DNA of 64,000 nt from Pseudomonadota bacterium (GTDB taxonomy: Bacteria; Bdellovibrionota_C; UBA2361; SZUA-149), in the NCBI GenBank assembly GCA_029555385.1, contig JAKPSH010000288.1, positions 26,718-90,717 on the forward strand, read 5' to 3'. The notes below the pieces were generated by a model. That model was not told the DNA's origin. It was given only the letters and a program-made list of their open reading frames with translations, and made no database searches. This document shows positions 1-9,139 of this stretch, piece after piece (the first letter of the stretch is position 1; every line of letters begins with the position of its first letter). Made by a program: the position numbers and the translations under genes.

Positions 1-2
1 CT

Positions 3-1514
3 CTTCACGAGTGGGCTCAACCGATCCTCGAATTTCTTAGACGCACTTACACGGACACTATCTGCATCCGCGATGACCCCGGGCAGAGAATCACGCTGGC
101 CGCCTGCGAAAAAATCGCGGCCGCACTTAGCACCCTGCACGAACTAAACGCCGCCATTGACGAACCGCTCCATGCCGCTGAAGCTCTGCGTTTCGTCTTG
201 AACCATCTTTTTGACGAAGAGATACCGCCCGAGCCGGTCCATCCGGCGATAGAACTGCTGGGCTGGCTGGAACTGCTGCTTGACGACGCACCGCTGCTGA
301 TTGTTGCCGGTCTAAACGAAGAATATGTTCCGCTGAGTATAACTGCCGATCCATTTTTGCCCAACACACTCCGGCAAAAGCTCGGACTATTAGACAACGA
401 ACGCCGCCTCGCGCGTGATGCATACGCATTTACGGCAATGCTGCACAGCAAGCAGCATCTTTATGTTCTTGCCGCACGGCGGGACAACGCCGGCAATGCT
501 TTGCTGCCGAGCAGATTAGCAATGGCCGTAAAGGGCGAGCTTCTCGCCGAGCGGACTCTGCGTTTCCACCGGGTACAAGAAGAACAGCGTTTCGCATTCA
601 TTGGGCAGCGCACCGGAACAAACGGCAGCTTCGGCATCACCCCCCTCCCAGCGCATTTGACCGAGCCTATTTCGTCGATGTCTGTGTCTTCTTTTCGCGA
701 CTATCTTGTCTGTCCCTATCGTTTCTACCTAAAACATGTGCTTCACCTCCAGACAATTGACGATCGGGAGCGCGAGCTCAACGCTGCGCATTTCGGCACG
801 CTGGCGCACCGCGTTCTGGCCGTGTTTGGACGAAGCCAGCAGACCGCGGCGTTATTCAGCAAGGACGAAATCGCCGACCTGCTGGATACGCTGCTGCTTC
901 ACGAACAGCGACGTGTCTTTGGCAGCACTGCGCTGCCCAGCACAGCCATTCAAATCGAGCAGCTCCGCGGACGGCTGCGGCATTTTGCCGGCTGGCAAGC
1001 CGGTTGGGCCGCCCAAGGCTGGCAGATTAAATGGTGCGAACGAACCATCAAAGATTCGACAGCAGCGCTTGATCTCGGCAGGGGCCGCTTGATGCGCATA
1101 CGTGGAACGATTGACCGCGTTGACTACAACCCGCAGGAAAACACCTGGGCGATTTTTGATTACAAGACAAGCGATACAGCAAAGACTCCCGGCACCGCGC
1201 ATCGGAAAAAAGACGGCACGTGGCTCGATTTACAACTACCGCTATATGATTATCTGCTTGAACCAGCCATTGGGGGAGCCTCCGTCAAACTGGGCTATAT
1301 TAATCTCGGAAAAAGCGAAAAAAGCATCGGGGCATCTTGGCTTGATTTCAGCGATGAAACGCTCCTTGAAGCACTTGGAAAAGCACGAGAAGTGGCAGAG
1401 AATGTTTATGAACAGGTCTTCTGGCCTCCATCGCCCGAGAGTCCTCCGGGTGATGAGTTCGCTGACATCTGCGGCGTCGGACTCTTGTGCGAGGAGGAGG
1501 ATAGCGAGCAATGA
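3..1514 (+). CDS. addB: AddB-like helicase-nuclease subunit, C-terminal PD-(D/E)XK nuclease domain. 5' partial: the frame is open from the window edge and the ORF track's TTG start at 198 is not the real start.
   Basis: C-terminal 'FDYKTSD...LQLPLYDYLL' RecB-family nuclease motif; 'LVCPYRFYL' and terminal 'CGVGLLC' cysteines typical of the AddB/Cas4-like Fe-S nuclease domain; stop overlaps the addA start (ATGA). Confidence 0.7.
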   Translation, partial: LHEWAQPILEFLRRTYTDTICIRDDPGQRITLAACEKIAAALSTLHELNAAIDEPLHAAEALRFVLNHLFDEEIPPEPVHPAIELLGWLELLLDDAPLLIVAGLNEEYVPLSITADPFLPNTLRQKLGLLDNERRLARDAYAFTAMLHSKQHLYVLAARRDNAGNALLPSRLAMAVKGELLAERTLRFHRVQEEQRFAFIGQRTGTNGSFGITPLPAHLTEPISSMSVSSFRDYLVCPYRFYLKHVLHLQTIDDRERELNAAHFGTLAHRVLAVFGRSQQTAALFSKDEIADLLDTLLLHEQRRVFGSTALPSTAIQIEQLRGRLRHFAGWQAGWAAQGWQIKWCERTIKDSTAALDLGRGRLMRIRGTIDRVDYNPQENTWAIFDYKTSDTAKTPGTAHRKKDGTWLDLQLPLYDYLLEPAIGGASVKLGYINLGKSEKSIGASWLDFSDETLLEALGKAREVAENVYEQVFWPPSPESPPGDEFADICGVGLLCEEEDSEQ

Positions 1515-4500
1515 GCGGCGCGGAAGTTTTTTACAGCGTGGATATTGTCCGGGCAAGCGCCGGCACAGGCAAGACTTACAGCTTAACCCAGCGGCTGATC
1601 CAAATTCTGGCCAAAGGAGAAAAGCCAGAAAGACTGCTGGCCACGACATTCACGCGCAAAGCGGCCGGAGAAATCAAAAACAGGCTTTTCTCCCGTCTGG
1701 CGGAAGATTCCTTAAGCGGTGATCCCGCGGCTGCAAAGCAATCACTGGAACTCCTGCGGCAGCTCACGAACAGTCAGCACCAGCTTAAAATCAGCACACT
1801 GGACAGCTTTTTTCTCGCGGTTGTCCGTGCATTTGCGTTTGAACTGGGCCTGCCGCCAAACTGGAGGCTAATTGAAGACGAAGAAGAAGAGCGCATCCGC
1901 CAGGCAAGCATTGGGGCATTACTGGCAAAAAACTCAAGCAAGTATCTGTCGCTGCTGCTGCAGTTGTTGAGCAACGGCAATTATTCCCGCAGCGTTCACG
2001 AGCGTATGCTGTCCAGTATCGCGGCGCTGCATGATGTCTTCCGGAAAAGTGAGCCTGCCCCCTGGTATTGGTTTGAAGCTCCCGCACCGCTGGCCCCGGA
2101 AGCGCTGCAGGCGGCTATCAGCCAACTCGAGCGCGCAGAACTCCCGAAAAAGAAGAACGGCGAGCCGTTAGCTTCCTATACGAATGCCGTAAGCAAGGCC
2201 CTCGATGCAGCTCGCCATGGGTTGTGGGAGGATTTTATTGCTCAAGGAATCGCAAAGAGCCTGTTGAGCGGCAGTACGCGTTTTGACGGCAAGGAAATTC
2301 CGCCGGAGCTTACGCGAAGTGTCCGCGTGCTGATCAAACAGGCGCAGGCTGTACTCTTGCGTAAACTGGAAAATCGCACCCGCTCCACAGCGGCGCTGAT
2401 TGGTGCTTACACAGAAGTGTTTGACAAGCGAAAACTCACCCACCGCGTAATCAACTTTGCCGACTTAACTTACTTGCTTCGCTGCCGAATAGCCTCCAAC
2501 GACCAACAAGAGTTTTATTACCGGCTTGATGCCGAACTGCCCCACATTCTCCTTGACGAGTTTCAGGATACATCGGCCGAGCAATGGAATGTTCTAGAAC
2601 CATTAGTCGCTGAAATTGCGGCAAAAGCCGGCGCCGAACACTCGTTTTTCTGCGTCGGCGATGTGAAGCAGGCGATTTACGGCTGGCGCGGAGGGGTCTC
2701 GGAAATTTTCGATGGGCTGCTTGGACGTTTTCCGCAGTTTGAGTCAACTCTGCGCTCCTTGGATAAGAGCTACCGCAGTTCACAAACCGTAATTGACCTG
2801 GTCAATCTTGTTTTTGGCAGTCTAAGCGACAATCCGGCTCTCGAAGGAAGTGACGGGGCATACCGCGAGGCAGCACAGAGCTGGAGCAAAGACTTTTGCC
2901 TTCATCAAACACAGCGAACCGATCTTGCGGGCTTCGCTGCCCTGCGGGAAGTGAGCAGCGGCACCGACAATATGCGCGACAGCATACCGCAGCGCACGGC
3001 AGAGCTGATTAAGGACCTAGTGCATCGTGCTCCGGGCGCCGGGATTGGCGTGCTGGTGCGAACTAATAGGTCAATTCCGAATATCCTGTTGGCGCTCCGG
3101 CACCCGGACATCGGCATCTTCGCCAGCCAAGAGGGAGGAAATCCGCTTACTGACTCCCCGGCGGTGCGCACGGTACTCGCATTGTTCAGGCTGGCCGACC
3201 ACCCCGGAGACAGCGCAGCCGCCTTTCTTATCGAATCATCTCCCCTGCACAGTATTTTCGGCACAGACAGCACCGGCGGACTGCGCAGCAGAATAGCCGA
3301 TCAGGGCTTTGGCAAAACGGTTAACGAGATTGCCGCCTGCGCCGCGGCTCATGCTTCGCACATGGATGCTTTGCGCCTCAGACGCCTTGTCGAACTTGCT
3401 TACATGTATGACTCGCGGGCCACAGGCCGGATGGATGATTTTGTGCGCTTTGTCGAAACGAAAAAAGTCGAGGATCCGCGTGCCGCACAAGTCCGCGTGA
3501 TGACCATTCATAAAGCTAAAGGACTCGAGTTTGACATTGTGGTTTTGCCCGAGCTGGACGCGCCGCTTTGCGGTTCTTCCCGCCCGCCTCTTTTGGTGTC
3601 TGGCGACAATCCCTTAACATCACCCAATCGCGTTGTATGCTACCCAAAAAAAGAGCTGCGCCAGTTGTCGCCGCAGCTTCAAGAAATTTACCGGACCTGC
3701 CTCGTTGAAGAGATAAAAGAAGAGTTCAGCGTGCTTTACGTGGCGCTGACCCGGGCGCGGCATGCCGTTTACATGCTCAGCGCCGATACCAAAAAGAATG
3801 GTGTCTCGTTCAGCTCCATCTTGCGTGCCGCCGCGCCAAAACAACAAATGCCGCATGCGCAGGAAATAGTATTTGAAATAGGCGATCGCTTATGGCACCG
3901 GCAGCATCCAGAAATGGAAAAGAGGCCGGTCCCGGAAGATGAACAACTTGCACCGGCTGCACCAACAATCTCTTTGCCGCCAGCGCCGGAAAGGACACGG
4001 GCGCTGCTCAGGCAGACGCCGTCGGCTCTCGAGGGAGGCACAGAAGTAAGACTCGCCGATCGGCTGCAATTGGCAAGCTCTGCGGCCATGACGCGCGGCA
4101 TCGTGCTTCATGCTTTTTTCGAAACTATTCAGTGGCTGGAAGGAATCGTGCCCGATCCGGAAGCATTGCGTAAGATAGCCGCGCGTCATGGCGCAAGCGG
4201 TGCAGCCATTGCGCAATTGGTTGATTATTTTTGCGCATTACTTAAGCATCCTGTCGCAATCGAGCTGCTGGCCAAGACCTCTCCGGCAAGAGCAGGCAGG
4301 GAGCATGAAGTATTTTGCGAACTTCCGTTTGCGGTTCGTGAAGGAGACCGAGTGCTGACCGGAACGATCGACCGGCTGGTGATCGAACTGAAAGACGGCA
4401 AGCCTTGCGGCGCGGAAGTAATTGATTACAAGAGCGACCGGTTCAGCGGCCCGGTTGAGGAACTGCTGCAAAAAAAGACGGATTTTTACCGCCCGCAGCT

Positions 4501-4603
4501 TGCCGCCTATAAGCGCATTGCCGCGCGGCTTGCCGGACTGGACATTACTCGCGTTACGGGCAAACTGTTTTTCCTGGACGTCCACCGGATAGTAGAGGTG
4601 TAG
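1511..4603 (+). CDS. addA: ATP-dependent helicase/nuclease AddA (UvrD/Rep superfamily 1 helicase with C-terminal nuclease)
   Basis: Walker A 'SAGTGKTYSL', 'ATTFTRKAAGEIKNRL', motif II 'LLDEFQDTS', 'TIHKAKGLEFDIVVL', C-terminal 'VIDYKSDRF' nuclease motif; 1030 aa. Confidence 0.85.
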   Translation: MSGAEVFYSVDIVRASAGTGKTYSLTQRLIQILAKGEKPERLLATTFTRKAAGEIKNRLFSRLAEDSLSGDPAAAKQSLELLRQLTNSQHQLKISTLDSFFLAVVRAFAFELGLPPNWRLIEDEEEERIRQASIGALLAKNSSKYLSLLLQLLSNGNYSRSVHERMLSSIAALHDVFRKSEPAPWYWFEAPAPLAPEALQAAISQLERAELPKKKNGEPLASYTNAVSKALDAARHGLWEDFIAQGIAKSLLSGSTRFDGKEIPPELTRSVRVLIKQAQAVLLRKLENRTRSTAALIGAYTEVFDKRKLTHRVINFADLTYLLRCRIASNDQQEFYYRLDAELPHILLDEFQDTSAEQWNVLEPLVAEIAAKAGAEHSFFCVGDVKQAIYGWRGGVSEIFDGLLGRFPQFESTLRSLDKSYRSSQTVIDLVNLVFGSLSDNPALEGSDGAYREAAQSWSKDFCLHQTQRTDLAGFAALREVSSGTDNMRDSIPQRTAELIKDLVHRAPGAGIGVLVRTNRSIPNILLALRHPDIGIFASQEGGNPLTDSPAVRTVLALFRLADHPGDSAAAFLIESSPLHSIFGTDSTGGLRSRIADQGFGKTVNEIAACAAAHASHMDALRLRRLVELAYMYDSRATGRMDDFVRFVETKKVEDPRAAQVRVMTIHKAKGLEFDIVVLPELDAPLCGSSRPPLLVSGDNPLTSPNRVVCYPKKELRQLSPQLQEIYRTCLVEEIKEEFSVLYVALTRARHAVYMLSADTKKNGVSFSSILRAAAPKQQMPHAQEIVFEIGDRLWHRQHPEMEKRPVPEDEQLAPAAPTISLPPAPERTRALLRQTPSALEGGTEVRLADRLQLASSAAMTRGIVLHAFFETIQWLEGIVPDPEALRKIAARHGASGAAIAQLVDYFCALLKHPVAIELLAKTSPARAGREHEVFCELPFAVREGDRVLTGTIDRLVIELKDGKPCGAEVIDYKSDRFSGPVEELLQKKTDFYRPQLAAYKRIAARLAGLDITRVTGKLFFLDVHRIVEV

Positions 4604-4623
4604 CTGAGTTATTGACAAATGCG

Positions 4624-4642
4624 CCAGGAAAGCATTTCCTGG
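4624..4642. promoter_or_regulatory. 8-bp-stem palindrome/hairpin (CCAGGAAA-GCA-TTTCCTGG) directly after addA stop, preceded by TTGACA
   Basis: Perfect inverted repeat read directly; lies in the 85-bp addA/ArgA-like intergenic gap. Confidence 0.3.
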
Positions 4643-4687
4643 ACGACGCCGAATTAAGACAAACAGGACATACCCGATTACGCGGCT

Positions 4688-5803
4688 ATGAAATACATTC
4701 AAGCCAAACTACTCGATGCGCTGGAGATGTTCCAGTATTCCTACCGCTTCCGGGATTCCCTTTTTGTCCTCTTTCTTCATCCTGATGTTCCGCTCGAGAG
4801 CATCTTGACTGACTTGAAGCTGCTTCAGTCGTCGCACATTACCGCAATGCTCGTCTGCCGTGATCACAACGGACTTGACGTTAAGCTGAAAAAGTTGACG
4901 GAGCGCGGGCTGCGGTTCTGGCACATTCCGCTGAGCACCGCCCAAAGCGCACGCGGCGAAAAGGCGAGGAAAATTACCTCGGCGTGCACCAACAACATCA
5001 TCCCTGTCCTGGCACTGCCTGTAATTGAAAGCCAATCACCCGGCGAACTTTGCCAAGAGGCCCTTGCGCTTGCCGAAATGTACGATGCAGACAAATTCTT
5101 TTACATTTCTCCGGAACGTGGATTAAGCGTTAAGGGAGTGCTTCAATCCCATCTTTCTCCGAGCGAACTTGACAATATCTTGTCCGAAGCACAAGCACTG
5201 AATATTGATCGCACCTTGCTGGGACTCTTGCGCCAAACGAGTACAGAAAGCGACCTTGAAATCGTACTGCTGGAAGGAGCAAGCGGCAGTCTGTTTCAAG
5301 AAATCTTCACCCACCGTGGACGAGGCACGTTGCTGACTAACGAATATCCGAACATAATCCGCCGGGGACGACTGCGCGATGTGTTTGATATCTCCCGCCT
5401 GCTGCGTCCTTACATCGAAGACGGCACCATCCTGCCTGCATCTGAAGACGAAGTAGCTGAACAAATCAACAGCTATTTTGTCTACACGGTGAACAATGCA
5501 ATTGTTGCCGCAGCGCAGCTTGTCGACTACGGCACGGCGGCAGCGTTATCCAAGTTCTGCACTCTGCCGCGTTATCAGGGCAAGGGCCGGGCGCGGAAAC
5601 TGGCAAAAAAGATGATTGCCGCAGCCAAAGCCCAGGATAAGGAACGCGTGTTTGCCTTAAGTATCTCGCCCCGAATGTGGTCGTTTTTTGCGAGGTTAGG
5701 CATGCGGGAAGTGCCGCGCGAGACTCTTCCCGATGAATGGAAAAAAGATTACGATTTTTCCCGGCCATCAAGAGCATTTGCACTGGAGCTGCGCACTAAC
5801 TAG
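4688..5803 (+). CDS. ArgA-like amino-acid N-acetyltransferase (shortened amino-acid-kinase-like N-domain + C-terminal GNAT)
   Basis: 'LFQEIFTHRGRGTLLTNE' and 'YQGKGRARKLAKKMIAAAKAQ...VFALSIS' align with the E. coli ArgA linker/GNAT region; 371 aa. Confidence 0.6.
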   Translation: MKYIQAKLLDALEMFQYSYRFRDSLFVLFLHPDVPLESILTDLKLLQSSHITAMLVCRDHNGLDVKLKKLTERGLRFWHIPLSTAQSARGEKARKITSACTNNIIPVLALPVIESQSPGELCQEALALAEMYDADKFFYISPERGLSVKGVLQSHLSPSELDNILSEAQALNIDRTLLGLLRQTSTESDLEIVLLEGASGSLFQEIFTHRGRGTLLTNEYPNIIRRGRLRDVFDISRLLRPYIEDGTILPASEDEVAEQINSYFVYTVNNAIVAAAQLVDYGTAAALSKFCTLPRYQGKGRARKLAKKMIAAAKAQDKERVFALSISPRMWSFFARLGMREVPRETLPDEWKKDYDFSRPSRAFALELRTN

Positions 5804-5837
5804 CCGTAATATCACATTCACCGCCAGAAGCTGTGAG

Positions 5838-7790
5838 ATGTTGCGGTCAGGCAGCACTTTGACATTTGGAGCCTTTAGCGCAGGATTTCTGATGAATTAC
5901 AGCATAGCTGAATTTAGTAGTATTCCTCAGGCCTTCTTCGCGATTGCCTCTTCGCGTCCTAGCGATGTACTCTGCCGTCAGGCAATTTTCGATCAGCCCG
6001 GTGATGCCGCACAACGCCCCCGTAAGTGGCGCAGCACTACTTACCGTGAAGCAGCAGCGCGAATTACCTCGCTCGCAGCCTATTTGCGCTCAATCGGTGC
6101 CGGGCGGGATACTAAAGTTGCCATTCTCTCAGCAACCCGTCCGGAATGGCTGGAAGCCGACATCGCCGTGCTGTCCCTGGGATGCGTATCGGTATCGATT
6201 TATCAGACGCTGCCAACGGATACGATCGCTTACATCCTTTACGACTCGGGAGCCAAGATCGTATTTGCCGAGAACCAAGAACAGGTCGACAAACTGCTCA
6301 GCGTTGCGCAAACGGCAAACTTCATTCCTGGTCATGAAGATCGCGCAGAAACAGTGGCGCAAATCGAAATGTTGAAGATTATATCCTTCGAAGCTGTTGC
6401 CGCTCACCCGCTTGTTCAATCTTATCAAGAGATCGTTGAACAATATCCGGCTCCGGAACAGACGGCCATCGACTATTCTTTGACAAAGGACGATTTGGCC
6501 TGTCTGGTTTATACCTCGGGCACAACCGGTCCGCCAAAGGGAGTCATGCAGTCTCACGGTAATCATCTAGCCAACGTGCGCCAAATCAGTTCGCTGCCGT
6601 TCATTCGCGATGATTCCGTTATCTTTCTTTTTCTTCCGTTGGCGCATTCTTTCGCCAAACTTGCCGGATATGCAGGCTTTCTCACCCCGGCCAAGCTGTG
6701 CTTTCCGGCTGTTTTCAGCAAGACAGCATCAACAATCGACAAATCATCGCTCGCCGCAGATATGCGCGAGTCTGAAGCTACGATATTTCCCGTAGTGCCC
6801 CGCATACTGGAAAAAATGCAGGAAACGATCGAACACCAAGCGGACCGGAGCGGAGTAATGGGATGGCTGCTTCGTTGTTTCCTCTCCTGCGCACGCCAAA
6901 GGTTCTGCGCCAGACAAACAAAGTCACGAGCCTGGTTGGCGGAGATATGTTTTTTGCTGGCTTTGCCCCTCAGACAAAAAATCCAGCGCATGTTGTTCGG
7001 CCGCAAGTTCAGGATCTGCGTCTGCGGAGCCGCGAAGCTAATGACGGAGACTGCTGAATTCTTTGAAATGCTGGAGCTGGAAATTGTGGAAGGTTATGGC
7101 CTTACCGAAACATGCGTGGCTAACACCGCCACCCAGCCAAAGAAAAAAAAGCTGGGCAGTGTGGGCAAGCCGCTTGCGGCAGACATCGAAATCAGCCTGG
7201 CACAAGACAAAGAAATTTTGATTCGCGGGCCCCACGTGGCCAAAGGCTACTATCAGCGGCCTACGTCAACACGCAGCGCATGGGGCAGCGATGGCTGGTT
7301 TCACACCGGAGATTTGGGCGAAATCGACGTTGCGGGCAACCTAACAATTATCGGGCGGAAGAAGGAAATCCTCGTCTCCTCCAATGGCAAGAAGATCGCC
7401 GCGTTTACCGTTGAGAAGCGGCTCTGCTCCCTGCCCTTGATTGGCTACAGCGTCTTGGTGGGAGAAGGAAAACCTTACTGCGTTGCCTTGATTAGTCTGG
7501 AGGCGGCGCAAGTACAGCGATGGGCAGCAAAAAACAATATTACGCTCAATGCCAATCTGCATGAAGACGCCGCAGTAAAACAAGAAATCGCTGCCCATAT
7601 TGCAGAGTGCAACACACATTTCGGCAATTTCGAAGCTGTGCAAAAGTTTTATCTCGTTCCGCGCGCCTTCTCCATCGAAGGCGGCGAACTCACACCGACC
7701 TTGAAAGTAAAGCGCGATACGGTGCTGCGGCACTATAAAGACGAAATAGAAACAATGTATCACCACAGCCAGACAACCTTACAAAAGTGA
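5838..7790 (+). CDS. Long-chain acyl-CoA synthetase (AMP-binding, FadD-like)
   Basis: AMP-binding motif 'YTSGTTGPPKGV', 'GYGLTETC', C-terminal 'TPTLKVKR'; ORF track start 5733 overlaps the upstream gene, so the first internal ATG (5838) was chosen. Start uncertain (5892 also possible). Confidence 0.8.
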   Translation: MLRSGSTLTFGAFSAGFLMNYSIAEFSSIPQAFFAIASSRPSDVLCRQAIFDQPGDAAQRPRKWRSTTYREAAARITSLAAYLRSIGAGRDTKVAILSATRPEWLEADIAVLSLGCVSVSIYQTLPTDTIAYILYDSGAKIVFAENQEQVDKLLSVAQTANFIPGHEDRAETVAQIEMLKIISFEAVAAHPLVQSYQEIVEQYPAPEQTAIDYSLTKDDLACLVYTSGTTGPPKGVMQSHGNHLANVRQISSLPFIRDDSVIFLFLPLAHSFAKLAGYAGFLTPAKLCFPAVFSKTASTIDKSSLAADMRESEATIFPVVPRILEKMQETIEHQADRSGVMGWLLRCFLSCARQRFCARQTKSRAWLAEICFLLALPLRQKIQRMLFGRKFRICVCGAAKLMTETAEFFEMLELEIVEGYGLTETCVANTATQPKKKKLGSVGKPLAADIEISLAQDKEILIRGPHVAKGYYQRPTSTRSAWGSDGWFHTGDLGEIDVAGNLTIIGRKKEILVSSNGKKIAAFTVEKRLCSLPLIGYSVLVGEGKPYCVALISLEAAQVQRWAAKNNITLNANLHEDAAVKQEIAAHIAECNTHFGNFEAVQKFYLVPRAFSIEGGELTPTLKVKRDTVLRHYKDEIETMYHHSQTTLQK

Positions 7791-8320
7791 TAAAAATCAT
7801 TGAGCGTCCGCTTCCCTGCTTTAACGATCGCCCGGACACGGCCGAGATTAATGTCGTAATCGTTCATGCGATGCATGCGGATGAGTTCCCGGGAGCCGAA
7901 CTCGATCCGCAGGCCTGCTGGGAGCAGTTAAAATCGAAGCAGGTAGCCGCACATTATTTAATTGCGCAGAGCGGAGAGATCTGGCGGCTTGTTGGCGAAG
8001 AAAAACGTGCCTGGCATGCCGGTGAAAGCCAAATGCCGGCCCACCTTACCGGCGCCGCGGGAGTCAATGATTTCAGCATCGGGGTTGAGCTTGTCGGATA
8101 CGAAACACAGGAATATACGGCAGCCCAGTACCAATCCTTTGCCGAATTAACAGCCGATATCTTGAAGCGTCACCCCCTGCGGGCCATTCTCGGACACGAA
8201 CACATCGCAATACCCGCAGGCAGAAAGACAGATCCCGGTCCCTTTTTTTCTTGGCCGCGCTATCGCGAAGCACTGCACAGGCTCGGTGTTGACACAGAAG
8301 AGATTTGTTTCGGGGATTAA
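7787..8320 (+). CDS. ampD: N-acetylmuramoyl-L-alanine amidase, AmpD/Amidase_2 family
   Basis: 'AWHAGES', 'FSIGVELVG', 'GHEHIA...KTDPGP' motifs; GTG start overlapping the upstream stop (GTGA). Confidence 0.75.
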   Translation: MIKIIERPLPCFNDRPDTAEINVVIVHAMHADEFPGAELDPQACWEQLKSKQVAAHYLIAQSGEIWRLVGEEKRAWHAGESQMPAHLTGAAGVNDFSIGVELVGYETQEYTAAQYQSFAELTADILKRHPLRAILGHEHIAIPAGRKTDPGPFFSWPRYREALHRLGVDTEEICFGD

Positions 8321-8371
8321 GCCTTAAACAAAGCGTCGGGACGGGCGGGCTTTTGCACGAGCTAAGATTTT

Positions 8372-8803
8372 CTAAAACTCCAAATACTCCTGCCCCAAGA
8401 AGCCGCTCTTGATCAGCACGCGGTAGACAAACAGAAATGCCGCGACGAGCAGCATACCAACCCCCCAGATTGATACGTTTTTGCCGCCCTTTCCCTGACG
8501 CATCATAATCAGCGAGGCAAAGCCGCCCATACCGCAAACAACAATGACAAGCGCACCGAAGCCGCTGGTAATCATGAAATAGAGGTTGTCCGTTGCGGTC
8601 AATTCACCGTCGGTATACGCCGGGGCCTGGGCCCAGCAAAGGGAGCGCCAACACACGGTGCTGCACAGAGAAGCAAGGGTCAGCCAATAGGAGCGGATTT
8701 TTGTCCTCATATCAATCGCGTCAAATGCAGGGTTAAAAATCACACAAGGTATAATCCGCTGCAATAACAAAGAAAAGAACCAAATTAGAGCAGCCTGGAG
8801 CAT
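8372..8803 (-). CDS. Hypothetical small integral membrane protein (about 4 TM helices)
   Basis: Hydrophobic segments 'LQAALIWFFSLLL', 'GFGALVIVVCGMGGFASLIMM', 'GVGMLLVAAFLFVY'; start trimmed to the ATG at 8803 that shares a CATG with the divergent lipoprotein ORF. Confidence 0.4.
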   Translation of the reverse strand: MLQAALIWFFSLLLQRIIPCVIFNPAFDAIDMRTKIRSYWLTLASLCSTVCWRSLCWAQAPAYTDGELTATDNLYFMITSGFGALVIVVCGMGGFASLIMMRQGKGGKNVSIWGVGMLLVAAFLFVYRVLIKSGFLGQEYLEF

Positions 8804-8849
8804 GAACGGTTCCAAGGTGCTGACATTACGGCAACGCATTCGTAAGTCC

Positions 8850-9128
8850 ATGAATTGCTTAGGAAAAAACATTCTACTGTTTTCCCTGACCGCCCTTTTG
8901 TTGTGCTCCCTGTCCGGCTGCAAACGAAAGGATCCGATATACGAACTTAAACCGGAGGTCGGCGAGGCTGAGATCGCTCAGATTGACACAATGGAGGGCG
9001 AACCACGCTGGATGCGCGTGCGCAAAAGCGAACGCGAAAAAATAATGGCGGAAGAAATGCGCAAGAAGCGCCGCCAAAAAGACATGATGATGTACGACAA
9101 TGTTGTCGGCTGGGGCAAAAAGCGTTAA
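8850..9128 (+). CDS. Small lipoprotein (lipobox LSGC) with highly charged C-terminus
   Basis: 'MNCLGKNILLFSLTALLLCSLSGCKRKD' signal peptide plus lipobox; K/R/E/M-rich tail. Confidence 0.5.
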   Translation: MNCLGKNILLFSLTALLLCSLSGCKRKDPIYELKPEVGEAEIAQIDTMEGEPRWMRVRKSEREKIMAEEMRKKRRQKDMMMYDNVVGWGKKR

Positions 9129-9139
9129 GCCCGACTACC

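Noticed and set aside
47-1767. Several 60-135 aa ORFs antisense to or out-of-frame within addB/addA (e.g. 47..451-, 127..429-, 852..1202-, 1242..1649-, 1576..1767-)
   Set aside because: They lie entirely inside strongly supported long genes and have Arg/Ala/Ser-rich low-complexity translations typical of spurious ORFs in high-GC DNA.
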